NCBI GenBank assembly: GCA_902526595.1
Contig: CABZLO010000002.1
Location: 19,937 to 83,936, forward strand
DNA length: 64,000 nt
Direction of reading: 5' to 3'
Origin: an uncultured Pelagibacteraceae bacterium
GTDB taxonomy: Bacteria > Pseudomonadota > Alphaproteobacteria > Pelagibacterales > Pelagibacteraceae
Part shown: positions 1 through 9,342 of the stretch, in pieces
Numbering within the stretch: position 1 is the stretch's first letter
How the letters are laid out: each line of letters begins with the position of its first letter
The notes under the pieces: generated by a model
Database searches by the model: none
Seen by the model: the letters and a program-made list of their open reading frames with translations, nothing else
What the model was told of the DNA's origin: nothing
Position numbers and translations under genes: made by a program

Positions 1-1428
1 ACTAATGAAGAGGCTGGAGACGGAACAACCACAGCAACTATTTTGGCTCAAGCAATTGTAACAGAGGGTGTTAAATATGTTACTGCTGGAATGAATCCAA
101 TGGATGTCAAAAGAGGAATTGATTCTGCTGTAGAAGCTGTAAAAGAAAATCTAATTTCATCAGCTAAAAAAGTTAAAGATAGTGATGAAATTGCACAAGT
201 TGGTACAATATCATCAAACGGTGATAAAGAAATTGGATCAATGATTGCAAAAGCAATGCAGAAAGTTGGAAACGAAGGTGTTATCACTGTTGAAGAAGCT
301 AAAGGGATTGACACTGAATTAGATGTTGTTGAAGGTATGCAATTTGATAGGGGTTACTTATCACCATACTTTATAACTAATAGCGATAAGATGACTACAG
401 AGTTAGATAATCCTTATATTTTACTTCATGAAAGTAAGCTAACAAACTTACAACCGATGGTTCCTCTTTTAGAAGCTGTTGTACAATCTGGAAGACCATT
501 AATGATTATTTCTGAAGATGTTGAAGGTGAAGCTTTGGCAACTTTAGTAGTAAACAAGTTAAGAGGTGGATTGAAAGTTGTAGCTGTAAAAGCTCCAGGA
601 TTTGGTGATAGAAGAAAAGCAATGCTTGAAGATATTGCTATTCTGACAGGTGGCCAAGTAATTTCACAAGATCTAGGAATTAAACTTGAAAATGTCAAAC
701 TTGAAGATCTTGGGTCATGTAAAAAAATTAAAGTAGACAAAGATAATAGCACTATCGTAAGTGGTAGTGGTAAAAAATCTGATATCGAAGCAAGATGTGG
801 ATCAATAAAACAACAGGTTGATGAAACAACCTCTGACTACGATAGAGAAAAGCTTCAAGAAAGACTTGCAAAATTAGCAGGTGGAGTTGCAGTTATTAAA
901 GTCGGTGGTGCAACTGAAGTTGAAGTTAAAGAGAGAAAAGATAGAGTTGAGGATGCTTTAAATGCAACTAGGGCTGCTGTTGAAGAGGGTATTGTAACAG
1001 GTGGTGGATGTGCTCTTCTTTATGCAGCTCAAGATCTTGAAAAAGTTAAAGCTAAAGGTGATGATCAAAAAGCTGGCGTTGAACTTGTGAGAAAAGCACT
1101 AGAAGCTCCCATTAGACAAATAACTAAAAATGCTGGTGTAGATGGTTCAGTAGTTGTTGGTAAATTATTAGAGCAAAAGAAAAAAACTCATGGATATGAC
1201 GCACAGAGCGAGGAATATTGCGATATGTTTGCTAAAGGTATTATTGACCCAGTTAAAGTTGTTAGAACAGCTTTACAAGATGCTGCATCAATATCTGGAT
1301 TATTAGTAACTACAGAAGCAATGATTGCTGATAAGCCCGAGGAGAAAGACGCTGCTGGAGGTGGAATGCCTGGTGGAATGCCTGGAGGAATGGGCGGCAT
1401 GGGTGGCATGGGCGGAATGGGAATGTAA
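1..1428 (+). CDS. groEL: Chaperonin GroEL, 5'-truncated by the window edge
   Basis: Frame is open from base 1 ([17 protein letters not shown]). Motifs [25 protein letters not shown] and a C-terminal GGM tail. Confidence 0.99.
   Translation, partial: TNEEAGDGTTTATILAQAIVTEGVKYVTAGMNPMDVKRGIDSAVEAVKENLISSAKKVKDSDEIAQVGTISSNGDKEIGSMIAKAMQKVGNEGVITVEEAKGIDTELDVVEGMQFDRGYLSPYFITNSDKMTTELDNPYILLHESKLTNLQPMVPLLEAVVQSGRPLMIISEDVEGEALATLVVNKLRGGLKVVAVKAPGFGDRRKAMLEDIAILTGGQVISQDLGIKLENVKLEDLGSCKKIKVDKDNSTIVSGSGKKSDIEARCGSIKQQVDETTSDYDREKLQERLAKLAGGVAVIKVGGATEVEVKERKDRVEDALNATRAAVEEGIVTGGGCALLYAAQDLEKVKAKGDDQKAGVELVRKALEAPIRQITKNAGVDGSVVVGKLLEQKKKTHGYDAQSEEYCDMFAKGIIDPVKVVRTALQDAASISGLLVTTEAMIADKPEEKDAAGGGMPGGMPGGMGGMGGMGGMGM
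1357..1425 (+). repeat. Coding Gly-Gly-Met / Pro-Gly-Gly-Met repeat of the GroEL tail
   Basis: ggtggaatgcct / ggcggcatg units encode [23 protein letters not shown]. Confidence 0.9.
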
Positions 1429-1448
1429 CCCTATTTAAATATGGATTT

Positions 1449-1480
1449 AAAAAGGCCATCATAAGATGGCCTTTTTTTTT
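1449..1480 (+). terminator. Intrinsic terminator after groEL
   Basis: AAAAAGGCCATC-ATAA-GATGGCCTTTTT perfect stem running into a T9 tract. Confidence 0.92.
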
Positions 1481-1494
1481 ATGTAAAAGAAAAT

Positions 1495-1611
1495 ATGTCA
1501 AAGAGATATAGTGGAAAATCATTCAAAGACTCTAGTATAAAAAAAAAAGCAAAATTAAGTTTTAAAGAAAAGAGAAAACTTAAAAAAGAGAAGCAGAAAA
1601 AAGCAAATTAA
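1495..1611 (+). CDS. Putative small basic protein, 38 aa (MSKRYSGKSFKDSSIKKKAKLSFKEKRKLKKEKQKKAN)
   Basis: Translated by hand, ATG 1495 to TAA 1609-1611. Shorter than any ORF in the track. Fills the groEL-typA gap and has a KKKAKLSFKEKRKLKKEK motif. Confidence 0.6.
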   Translation: MSKRYSGKSFKDSSIKKKAKLSFKEKRKLKKEKQKKAN

Positions 1612-1695
1612 ACATCTAATTTAATAAAATCTTCAATAAATATTAGTTTTTTTTAAGTTTTAAAAATTAATTAAATATGTATAAGAACCAAATTT

Positions 1696-3522
1696 ATGAC
1701 AAATGATATTAGAAACATCACGATTATTGCTCATGTAGACCATGGAAAAACTACTTTGATTGATAATTTAATGAAACAAAGTGGATCATTTAGAGAAAAT
1801 GAAGTAGTTGATGAAAGGTTAATGGACTCTGGTGAATTAGAAAAAGAAAGAGGAATTACAATTTTAGCGAAACCTGCCTCGATTAATTGGAAAGATACAA
1901 GAATAAATATAATTGATACTCCGGGTCACAGAGACTTTGCAGCAGAGGTTGAAAGAGTTTTAAGCATGGCTGATGGCGCTCTATTGCTTATAGATTCTGC
2001 TGAGGGAGTAATGCCCCAAACAAAGTTCGTATTATCCAAAGCTTTAAAACAAGGTCTTAAACCAATTGTTGTGATTAACAAACTTGATAAAGCTGATCAG
2101 AGAGCTAATGAAGTTCTAGATGAAACATTTGATTTATTTGTAAGCCTTGATGCAAATGAGGAACAATTAGATTTCCCTGTTTTATACGCAAGTGGCAGAT
2201 CAGGTTGGGCAGACAAGGAAGTGGAAGGCCCTAGGGAAAATTTAAACCCACTTTTAGATTTAATTCTCAACCACGTAAAACCTGCAAAATTTGAAAAAGA
2301 AAAACCTTTTGCTATGTTATCCACACTTCTTTATGCTGATAGTTTTTTAGGAAGAAGCTTGGTAGGAAGAATTACTCAAGGAACAGCTAAAGCTAATCAA
2401 TCAATAAAGGCGATTAATTTAAAAGGTGATAAAGTTGATGAAGGTAAACTTACTAAAATTTTCAGATATGAGGGAACCAAAAAAGTGCCTATTGAGGTTG
2501 GTGAGGCTGGAGATATTGTGGTAATCGCAGGATTAGAAAAAGCTAATGTTGCAGATACTATTTGTGATTTAGATGTAAATGAACCTATTTCAGCAACACC
2601 AATAGATCCACCCACAATGTCTATTACAATAACTGTTAACACATCTCCTCTTGCAGGAAAAGAAGGTAAAAAACTTACAAGCACTCAAATTAGAGATCGA
2701 CTACTTCAAGAAGCTCAGAATAATGTAGGAATTAATTTTTCTGAAAACGATGGAAATGACTCATTTATTGTAAGTGGTAGAGGTGAGCTTATGTTAGAAA
2801 TTTTACTTACTCAAATGAGAAGAGAAGGATTTGAAATGACAGTCAGTCCACCTAAGGTTTTATATGAAATTGATGAAAATGGAAAAAAACTAGAACCCAT
2901 CGAAGAGATTACAATGGATTTAGATGAAGAATTCTCATCAAAAGTAATAGATTCGATGAATAGACGTAAAGGTAAATTAATTGATTTAAAAGATACTGGT
3001 AAAGATAAAAAAAGACTTATTTTTCATGCCCCAACACGTGGATTAATGGGTTACACAAGTAGATTTTTAACTCTTACAAAAGGCAATGGTGTTATTAATA
3101 GGATTTTTCATAGCTATGGGCCTTTTGAAGGTGAAATGGAAGGAAGAAGAAATGGGGCTTTAATTGCAATGGAACAAGGGAAAGCAGTGGCTTTTGCTAT
3201 ATTTAACTTGCAGGCTAGAGGAGAAATGTTCGTAACACATAACGATTCTGTTTATCCGGGAATGATAGTTGGATTGTCGCCAAAACCAGGCGACTTGATA
3301 ATCAATGTAATGAAGGGTAAAAAATTAACAAATATGAGAACACAAGGTACCGATGAAAACGTTGTTCTCACTCCAGTAAGAAAAATGTCTATTGCGGAAC
3401 AACTGAGTATACTTAATACGGATGAAGCATTAGAAATTACTCCTGAGTCTTGTAGACTGAGAAAATCTATTCTTGATCCTCATGAGAGAAAGAGAAGTGA
3501 AAAATCTGGAGCAGCAGCCTAA
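1696..3522 (+). CDS. typA: Translational GTPase TypA/BipA
   Basis: AHVDHGKTT, ERGITI, DTPGH, NKLD, GRGEL and C-terminal KKLTNMR; 608 aa. Confidence 0.98.
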   Translation: MTNDIRNITIIAHVDHGKTTLIDNLMKQSGSFRENEVVDERLMDSGELEKERGITILAKPASINWKDTRINIIDTPGHRDFAAEVERVLSMADGALLLIDSAEGVMPQTKFVLSKALKQGLKPIVVINKLDKADQRANEVLDETFDLFVSLDANEEQLDFPVLYASGRSGWADKEVEGPRENLNPLLDLILNHVKPAKFEKEKPFAMLSTLLYADSFLGRSLVGRITQGTAKANQSIKAINLKGDKVDEGKLTKIFRYEGTKKVPIEVGEAGDIVVIAGLEKANVADTICDLDVNEPISATPIDPPTMSITITVNTSPLAGKEGKKLTSTQIRDRLLQEAQNNVGINFSENDGNDSFIVSGRGELMLEILLTQMRREGFEMTVSPPKVLYEIDENGKKLEPIEEITMDLDEEFSSKVIDSMNRRKGKLIDLKDTGKDKKRLIFHAPTRGLMGYTSRFLTLTKGNGVINRIFHSYGPFEGEMEGRRNGALIAMEQGKAVAFAIFNLQARGEMFVTHNDSVYPGMIVGLSPKPGDLIINVMKGKKLTNMRTQGTDENVVLTPVRKMSIAEQLSILNTDEALEITPESCRLRKSILDPHERKRSEKSGAAA

Positions 3523-4166
3523 CTAAAAATTTTATTAACAACAAACAATCCAAAAGCAACACAGGGACCGATTCCAAAAGCAAAAATCAAAGTTCCAACA
3601 CCTACCGTTCCACCTAGATACCATCCAACTATTACAACTGTAATTTCTAAACATGCTCTGACTAAAGCAATAGGTAAGTTTGTAATTTTTGTTAAACCAG
3701 TCATTAATCCATCTCTTGGACCTGGTCCAAGATTTGCAACTAAATAAATACCACTTCCTATACCAACCAGCATTACAGAAAATATTGCTAATAAATATTT
3801 TGACATATCAGATGAGGGTGGATCAAAAAAATATAAAGTAACATCAATCATTCCAGAAATAATAACTATATTAAAAATTGTTCCTAGGCCTGGTTTCTGT
3901 CTGAGAAATATCCAGAAAAAAAGCACACTTACGCTAACTAGAAATGTTGCTGCACCGATAGACAATTTAGAATTTTTTGATATTCCCTCTGCTAGTACAG
4001 ACCAGGGAGAATTTCCTGTAGTTGACAATATTAATAATCCCTCTCCGAAACCAAATATAATTAAACCAAAAATTAAAAAAAATGAGGTTGAAAATTTTGG
4101 TCTTAAGTTAAAGCTTTTATCTGAACTCCAATATACTTTGGGGATATTTTTAATAGATAAAAACAT
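3519..4166 (-). CDS. YczE/YyaS/YitT-family membrane protein
   Basis: Hydrophobic 215 aa with GNSPWSVL, LGPGPRDGLMTGL and GGTVGVGT motifs. Confidence 0.85.
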   Translation of the reverse strand: MFLSIKNIPKVYWSSDKSFNLRPKFSTSFFLIFGLIIFGFGEGLLILSTTGNSPWSVLAEGISKNSKLSIGAATFLVSVSVLFFWIFLRQKPGLGTIFNIVIISGMIDVTLYFFDPPSSDMSKYLLAIFSVMLVGIGSGIYLVANLGPGPRDGLMTGLTKITNLPIALVRACLEITVVIVGWYLGGTVGVGTLIFAFGIGPCVAFGLFVVNKIFS

Positions 4167-4206
4167 ATTATACTGTTAATTATAGAATTATTAATACTTG
4201 CTTATA

Positions 4207-4887
4207 ATGAAAAAGATTGCACTCAGCATCATATTTATTTTTATTTCTTTTGGCTCATATGCTCATATTGGTCATTACAGTAACTATAAAAAAATTGAGA
4301 TGGAAATTTTGAGAAATAATGAATTGATTGGATATAATTATTATTTTTTTTCAAAAAAAAACGATATTACTCTAGTGACCAACCAATTCAAATTTGAGGT
4401 TAAACTTTTGGGAGCAACAGTTTTTGAAGTAGAGGGTATTGGAGAAGAAAAATATTTGAAAGATCAATTGATTTCTTTTAACTCAAAAACTCTACAGAAT
4501 AAAAAAGAAAAGTTTGTAAACTTAACTTTAAACAAAGAAACAAAAAAATTTGATATTATGGGCTCTTCTTTCTCTGGTGAAGCTCACCTTGAAAATGCTA
4601 TTGGTAACTGGTGGAGTCATAAAATATTGCAAGCTAGTAGCCAAATAAGCCCGATATCAGGTAGTATAAAAGAACAGATAGTTAATTTTGTTGGAAAAGA
4701 AAAAATTATAATTAATGGTGAAGAATATGAGACTGATCATTTCAAATTAACCTCCAAAGATATGGCACTTCCAGATGATAAAAGATTAAATTTTGATATT
4801 TGGTTGGATAAAAAAACTTCTTTAATAGTAAAAGTTACTTATCAAAGAATGGGAAATTGGGAATATAGATTAAAAAATTACGAGTAA
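4207..4887 (+). CDS. Exported protein, DUF6134-like
   Basis: Signal peptide MKKIALSIIFIFISFGSYA; beta-rich body (EILRNNELIG, NWW, FDIWLD). ATG at 4207 preferred over TTG at 4198. Confidence 0.65.
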   Translation: MKKIALSIIFIFISFGSYAHIGHYSNYKKIEMEILRNNELIGYNYYFFSKKNDITLVTNQFKFEVKLLGATVFEVEGIGEEKYLKDQLISFNSKTLQNKKEKFVNLTLNKETKKFDIMGSSFSGEAHLENAIGNWWSHKILQASSQISPISGSIKEQIVNFVGKEKIIINGEEYETDHFKLTSKDMALPDDKRLNFDIWLDKKTSLIVKVTYQRMGNWEYRLKNYE

Positions 4888-4888
4888 T

Positions 4889-5860
4889 TTACCTATTTAT
4901 TTTCTTATATAGATCATTTGCACTAATCCATCCTGACTCAAGTCTTGGTCCATTAAACCAGTCTGCACATACACCTAGATTTAATCTAGAATTCCAATAA
5001 CTTTTTAATTTCAAAGGTTTTGAATTTGAGGAGTATTTCCAACCATGGTTAAGTGAAAAAAGTACTTTTGTCCTCTTAATTCCTGTTAATTTAAAAAATT
5101 TATCAATCAAAATTTTGGCATTAGTTTTTTGAAGTACTTTATTTTGATTTATTTTTTTATTTGCCCAATTAAAGGTACTTTGTAATGTCCAAAGATCAGT
5201 TTTACTCTTAAATCTTTTTTTACTATTTTCGTAACCAGCCCATCCTAGAATTCTATCATTAAATAAAAAACTACTATAACCTAGATTGGTTTTTTTTATT
5301 TCCATTAAAATTGTTATATTTGCATCCATCTTAACCTTTTCTTTTATAAAAGAATTTTTAATATATTTTTTTGATAATTTTTTTAATTGAGGAAATGGAC
5401 AAGTCAAAATTAAATTTTCATAATTTCTAATTTCACCATCATTAAATATTAAGTTCCATTTTCTATTTTGGAAATTTATTTTTTTTAATTCACTTTGAAA
5501 ATAACATCTTACATTTTTTAAAAGATATTTACTAATGTCGTTGTTTCCTTTTCTTCCAATAACCTTAACATGTTTTTTATTTTCTTTTTTTTTATCACTT
5601 AAAAATTTATGATTTCCATACCAAATTTTTAGTATTTTTTTTTCTATTAGCTTTTTAGTAAATCTTTTAAATTCTTTTGTTTTTGGAGAAAAGTATTGAG
5701 TCCCATGATCAAACCCCTTTTTTTTATCTAATCTTTTAAAAGATGATCTTCCTCCTAAGCCTCTTGCCTTATCATACAAATCTACTGTGTGTTTTTTATT
5801 TAGAAGATTTGCAATAGTTGCTCCGGAAATTCCTGAGCCAATTACACAAAAATTACTCAT
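4889..5860 (-). CDS. Renalase-like FAD/NAD(P)-dependent oxidoreductase
   Basis: VIGSGISG, DKARGLGGR, FDHGTQYF and C-terminal CADW..GPRLESGWISA. Confidence 0.85.
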   Translation of the reverse strand: MSNFCVIGSGISGATIANLLNKKHTVDLYDKARGLGGRSSFKRLDKKKGFDHGTQYFSPKTKEFKRFTKKLIEKKILKIWYGNHKFLSDKKKENKKHVKVIGRKGNNDISKYLLKNVRCYFQSELKKINFQNRKWNLIFNDGEIRNYENLILTCPFPQLKKLSKKYIKNSFIKEKVKMDANITILMEIKKTNLGYSSFLFNDRILGWAGYENSKKRFKSKTDLWTLQSTFNWANKKINQNKVLQKTNAKILIDKFFKLTGIKRTKVLFSLNHGWKYSSNSKPLKLKSYWNSRLNLGVCADWFNGPRLESGWISANDLYKKINR

Positions 5861-7173
5861 TTACCAGCAACTGTCATGCCTTCGATCATCATAGTTGGAG
5901 AATTTGTTGAATATTCAAAATCTAAGTCATTTGCTAAAAATATGTTTTTAAACATATCCTTAAAATTTCCCGCAATTGTTATTTCATTTATTGGATATTT
6001 AAATTCACCATCTTCTACCAAAAAACCAGTTGCTCCAACAGAGTAATCTCCGGTTACAAGATTGCTGCCATGACCTATTGTTTCTGTAATATAAATGCAT
6101 TTTGAATTAGTTTTTAGTAACTCATCATAACTTTGTTTTCCGTTCTCAAAATACAAATTTGTACTCCCTCCGCTTCTTCCATTTGATTGAAGGTTTAATT
6201 TTTTGCCGTTGTAAGAGTCTACAAAATAATTTTTAAGCACACCCTCTTGAACTAGATTGAGGGTTTCAGATTTAACACCTTCAGAGTCAAAATTTTTTGA
6301 GCCTAAACCCTTAATTATATCTGGTTTATCAATTATATTTATAGAATTAGAAAATATCTGTTCATTAATCTTGTCCTTAAGAAATGAAGTTCCTCTAGCG
6401 ATTGCAGAGGATGAAATCGCACTTGCAAAAGCACTGAGCATACCTTTTGCAATTCTCTTATCAAATATGACACTTAATTTTTCGCTTCCTATTTTTTTTG
6501 GACTTAATTTTCTAATTGTCTGATCACTTGCCAGTTTACCCAAGGCTTGGGGGTCTTTGATATCATCTAAATATCTTTTACTTGAATATTCATAATCTCT
6601 TTCCATGCTATTTTCGTCTTTAGCAACAGCTACACATGACGTCGTAAATGAGGATGTTTTGTAACCACTACAAAAACCATCACTGTTTGCTAAAATAAAA
6701 TTAGTTTTTTTTTCAGTAAAACTGGACTCTGTGTTTATTATTTTTTTATCCTCTGATGCTATATTTTCTAATTCTTTCAAATAGTGAATTTTTTTATCAT
6801 TATCAATATGGGTGTTATCATAAATATTTAAATCTTTAAGTTTATCTGCAAGTAAATTTTTATCTGGTAATGAATTGAACTCATCATCTGGTGTAATTTT
6901 AGTTGTTTCGTAGCATTTCTCTATAAGTATATCTAAATTTTCATTTAATAAATTTGATGAGGAAATTGAAGATTTTTTTTTACCAATATAAGTATCTATG
7001 CTAAACGCTAATCCATCAGATCGATTAGACTCATCTAAATTTTTATTTCTAAAATTGACTGTTTCAGAAATAGAATGACCTATTGTAACACTTGCATCTG
7101 AAGCTCCAATTTTTTTTGCAACATCTAGGCAATATACAGCTTTAGCTTTTAAGAAATCTTGATCTTTAATCAT
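5857..7173 (-). CDS. pmbA: TldE/PmbA, non-catalytic subunit of the TldD/E peptidase
   Basis: MERDY, FDSEG, TGDYSVGA, EITIAGN; no HExxH; follows tldD. Confidence 0.93.
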   Translation of the reverse strand: MIKDQDFLKAKAVYCLDVAKKIGASDASVTIGHSISETVNFRNKNLDESNRSDGLAFSIDTYIGKKKSSISSSNLLNENLDILIEKCYETTKITPDDEFNSLPDKNLLADKLKDLNIYDNTHIDNDKKIHYLKELENIASEDKKIINTESSFTEKKTNFILANSDGFCSGYKTSSFTTSCVAVAKDENSMERDYEYSSKRYLDDIKDPQALGKLASDQTIRKLSPKKIGSEKLSVIFDKRIAKGMLSAFASAISSSAIARGTSFLKDKINEQIFSNSINIIDKPDIIKGLGSKNFDSEGVKSETLNLVQEGVLKNYFVDSYNGKKLNLQSNGRSGGSTNLYFENGKQSYDELLKTNSKCIYITETIGHGSNLVTGDYSVGATGFLVEDGEFKYPINEITIAGNFKDMFKNIFLANDLDFEYSTNSPTMMIEGMTVAGK

Positions 7174-7176
7174 TAA

Positions 7177-8589
7177 TTACAGTTTTGTTCCACCCACTGT
7201 CATTTTGTCAATTAATATTGATGGCTGTGCTACACCAACAGGAACTCCTTGCCCGGCTTTCCCACATGTGCCAATACCGGGGTCTAACATCATATCGTTA
7301 CCGACCATTGAAACTTCCTTTAAAATTGATGGACCATCTCCTATTAATGTCGCTCCCTTTATTGGAGAACCTATTTTGCCATTAATAATTTCGTATGCTT
7401 CTGTGCAATTAAAGACAAATTTTCCTGAGGTAATATCTACTTGTCCACCCCCAAAGCTCACAGCAAAAATACCTTTATCAACAGATTTGATCATCTCATC
7501 TTGAGTTTGATTGCCACTTAACATCATAGTATTTCTCATTCTAGGTAAAACTACGTGTCGATAGTTTTCTCTTCTTCCTGAACCAGTTGACCTTGTATTC
7601 ATTAAACGTGCATTTAATCTGTCTTGCATAAAGTTTTTTAAAATTCCATTTTCAATTAAAACAGTTCTTTCAGTTGGTGTACCCTCATCGTCTATTGTAA
7701 GACTGCCTCTTCTATTATCAATGGTACCATCATCAACAATTGTGACACCTTCGCTTGCAACTTTCTGTCCCATTAAGTTATGAAATGCTGATGTTTTTTT
7801 TCTGTTAAAATCACCCTCTAGACCATGTCCAATTGCTTCATGAATTAATATTGCTGGCCAACCTGGTCCCAAAACAACTTTCATTTCGCCGGCTGGTGCG
7901 GGTTTACTATCCAAGTTAACTGATGCAATTCTAAAAGCTTCTTCACATACACTTTTCCAGTTGTCATTCTGTAAATAATTATCGTAAGACTGTCTGCCTC
8001 CAATGCCATACACACCTGTTTCTTTTCTTCCATTTTTTTCAAGCATCACAGAAACATTGAATCTAATTAATGGCCTGACATCTGTTATTGCCTCACCACC
8101 TGATCTGATTATTTCTACTGACTTGTGTTCACCTAAAAAATTTGCTGTAACCTGTTTTACAGATCCATCTTTTTTTCTTAAGTAATCATTCACTTTATTT
8201 AGGACTTCTATCTTAGAATTTAAAGATTTTTGTTCTATAGGATTTATATCACTATAAAATTTTTTGTTCGTTTTTGGTATCTCATTATTATAAGTGCCTT
8301 TGACTGATTTAAGAGTTGACTGAAGATTTTCTGATGAACTTTTTAAGGAGTCTTTTGATATTTCGTTTGAATAAGAATAAGCGACTACTTGGTCAGATAC
8401 TGCTCTAAATCCAAAGCCTAAATCAGAACTATAGTTTGAACTCTTAATCTTATTATCATCTAAGACAATTGACTCTGACTTTGAGTCTTCCAGATATAAT
8501 TCTCCATCATCACAATTTTTTAAAGTATTGGATACTATATTTTCAGCATCTTTTCTTGCCAAATCTGATTTATTAAAGAAATTACTCAT
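7177..8589 (-). CDS. tldD: Metalloprotease TldD
   Basis: HEAIGHGLEGDFNRK, DDEG, PRMRNT, CGKAGQGVPV. Confidence 0.97.
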   Translation of the reverse strand: MSNFFNKSDLARKDAENIVSNTLKNCDDGELYLEDSKSESIVLDDNKIKSSNYSSDLGFGFRAVSDQVVAYSYSNEISKDSLKSSSENLQSTLKSVKGTYNNEIPKTNKKFYSDINPIEQKSLNSKIEVLNKVNDYLRKKDGSVKQVTANFLGEHKSVEIIRSGGEAITDVRPLIRFNVSVMLEKNGRKETGVYGIGGRQSYDNYLQNDNWKSVCEEAFRIASVNLDSKPAPAGEMKVVLGPGWPAILIHEAIGHGLEGDFNRKKTSAFHNLMGQKVASEGVTIVDDGTIDNRRGSLTIDDEGTPTERTVLIENGILKNFMQDRLNARLMNTRSTGSGRRENYRHVVLPRMRNTMMLSGNQTQDEMIKSVDKGIFAVSFGGGQVDITSGKFVFNCTEAYEIINGKIGSPIKGATLIGDGPSILKEVSMVGNDMMLDPGIGTCGKAGQGVPVGVAQPSILIDKMTVGGTKL

Positions 8590-8674
8590 AGCAGTTACAT
8601 AAAGGTTTATATTTTCTTTTCAACTGCTCTTTTTACACATGTACAAAAGTCTATTGGAGGATAACTATTGTAAT

Positions 8675-9022
8675 ATGAAAGTTTATTTCAACAATTCCTG
8701 TAAAATTTGTAGATCTGAAATCAACTTATATAAAAAAGAAAAAATAGAAGAGATAGATTGGATAGACATAACCAATAATGAACTAGCAGAAAAAGAGACT
8801 AATAGAGATGACAAGCAGCTCTTAAGACGATTACATGTAAAAGATAATGATAAAGTTTTAGAGGGAGCTGAAGCTTTTTTATATGTTTGGAAGAAAATAC
8901 CTAAATATAGATTTTTATATAAATTTTTTAAACTTCCAATAATTTTTACAATTTTTAATTATGCATATGAATTTGTTGCTTATTTTCTATATCTCAAAAA
9001 TAAAAAACAATTGAAAAATTAA
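8675..9022 (+). CDS. DCC1-like / DUF393 thiol-disulfide oxidoreductase
   Basis: VYFNNSCKIC (CxxC), RLHV, GAEAF..VW. Start at 8675 preferred, with GGAGG upstream. Confidence 0.85.
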   Translation: MKVYFNNSCKICRSEINLYKKEKIEEIDWIDITNNELAEKETNRDDKQLLRRLHVKDNDKVLEGAEAFLYVWKKIPKYRFLYKFFKLPIIFTIFNYAYEFVAYFLYLKNKKQLKN

Positions 9023-9327
9023 GCTAAAAAAAATATCATTATTTCACTTAGTAATGACATTGAAAGCATAAACATTATTAATACAATTGAGTACATCAAG
9101 GTTATTATTCTATTTCTTTTTCTTCTTAACTTAACAAACTCTCTATCATCTAAATCTGAAAAGTCTCTTACTCCAATTACAGGGTAGTCGTAACTCCACC
9201 GCCAAGTTGATTGACCTAGTCTAGGATCCAGACTGTTAAAATACCTTATCCATGAAAGAACATAAGTTAAAATTATGAACAGAGTAACCATTAATATAAT
9301 TCCAAGAAGCATTATTAATACTACCAA
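9019..9327 (-). CDS. Hypothetical two-TM membrane protein
   Basis: Two hydrophobic segments flank DPRLGQSTWRWSYDYP; fits tightly between neighbours; exact start uncertain. Confidence 0.6.
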   Translation of the reverse strand: MVVLIMLLGIILMVTLFIILTYVLSWIRYFNSLDPRLGQSTWRWSYDYPVIGVRDFSDLDDREFVKLRRKRNRIITLMYSIVLIMFMLSMSLLSEIMIFFLA

Positions 9328-9342
9328 ATGTTTTTAATTCTA

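Noticed and set aside
1188-1409. Antisense ORF with [14 protein letters not shown] repeats
   Set aside because: It is simply the reverse complement of the GroEL GGM tail.
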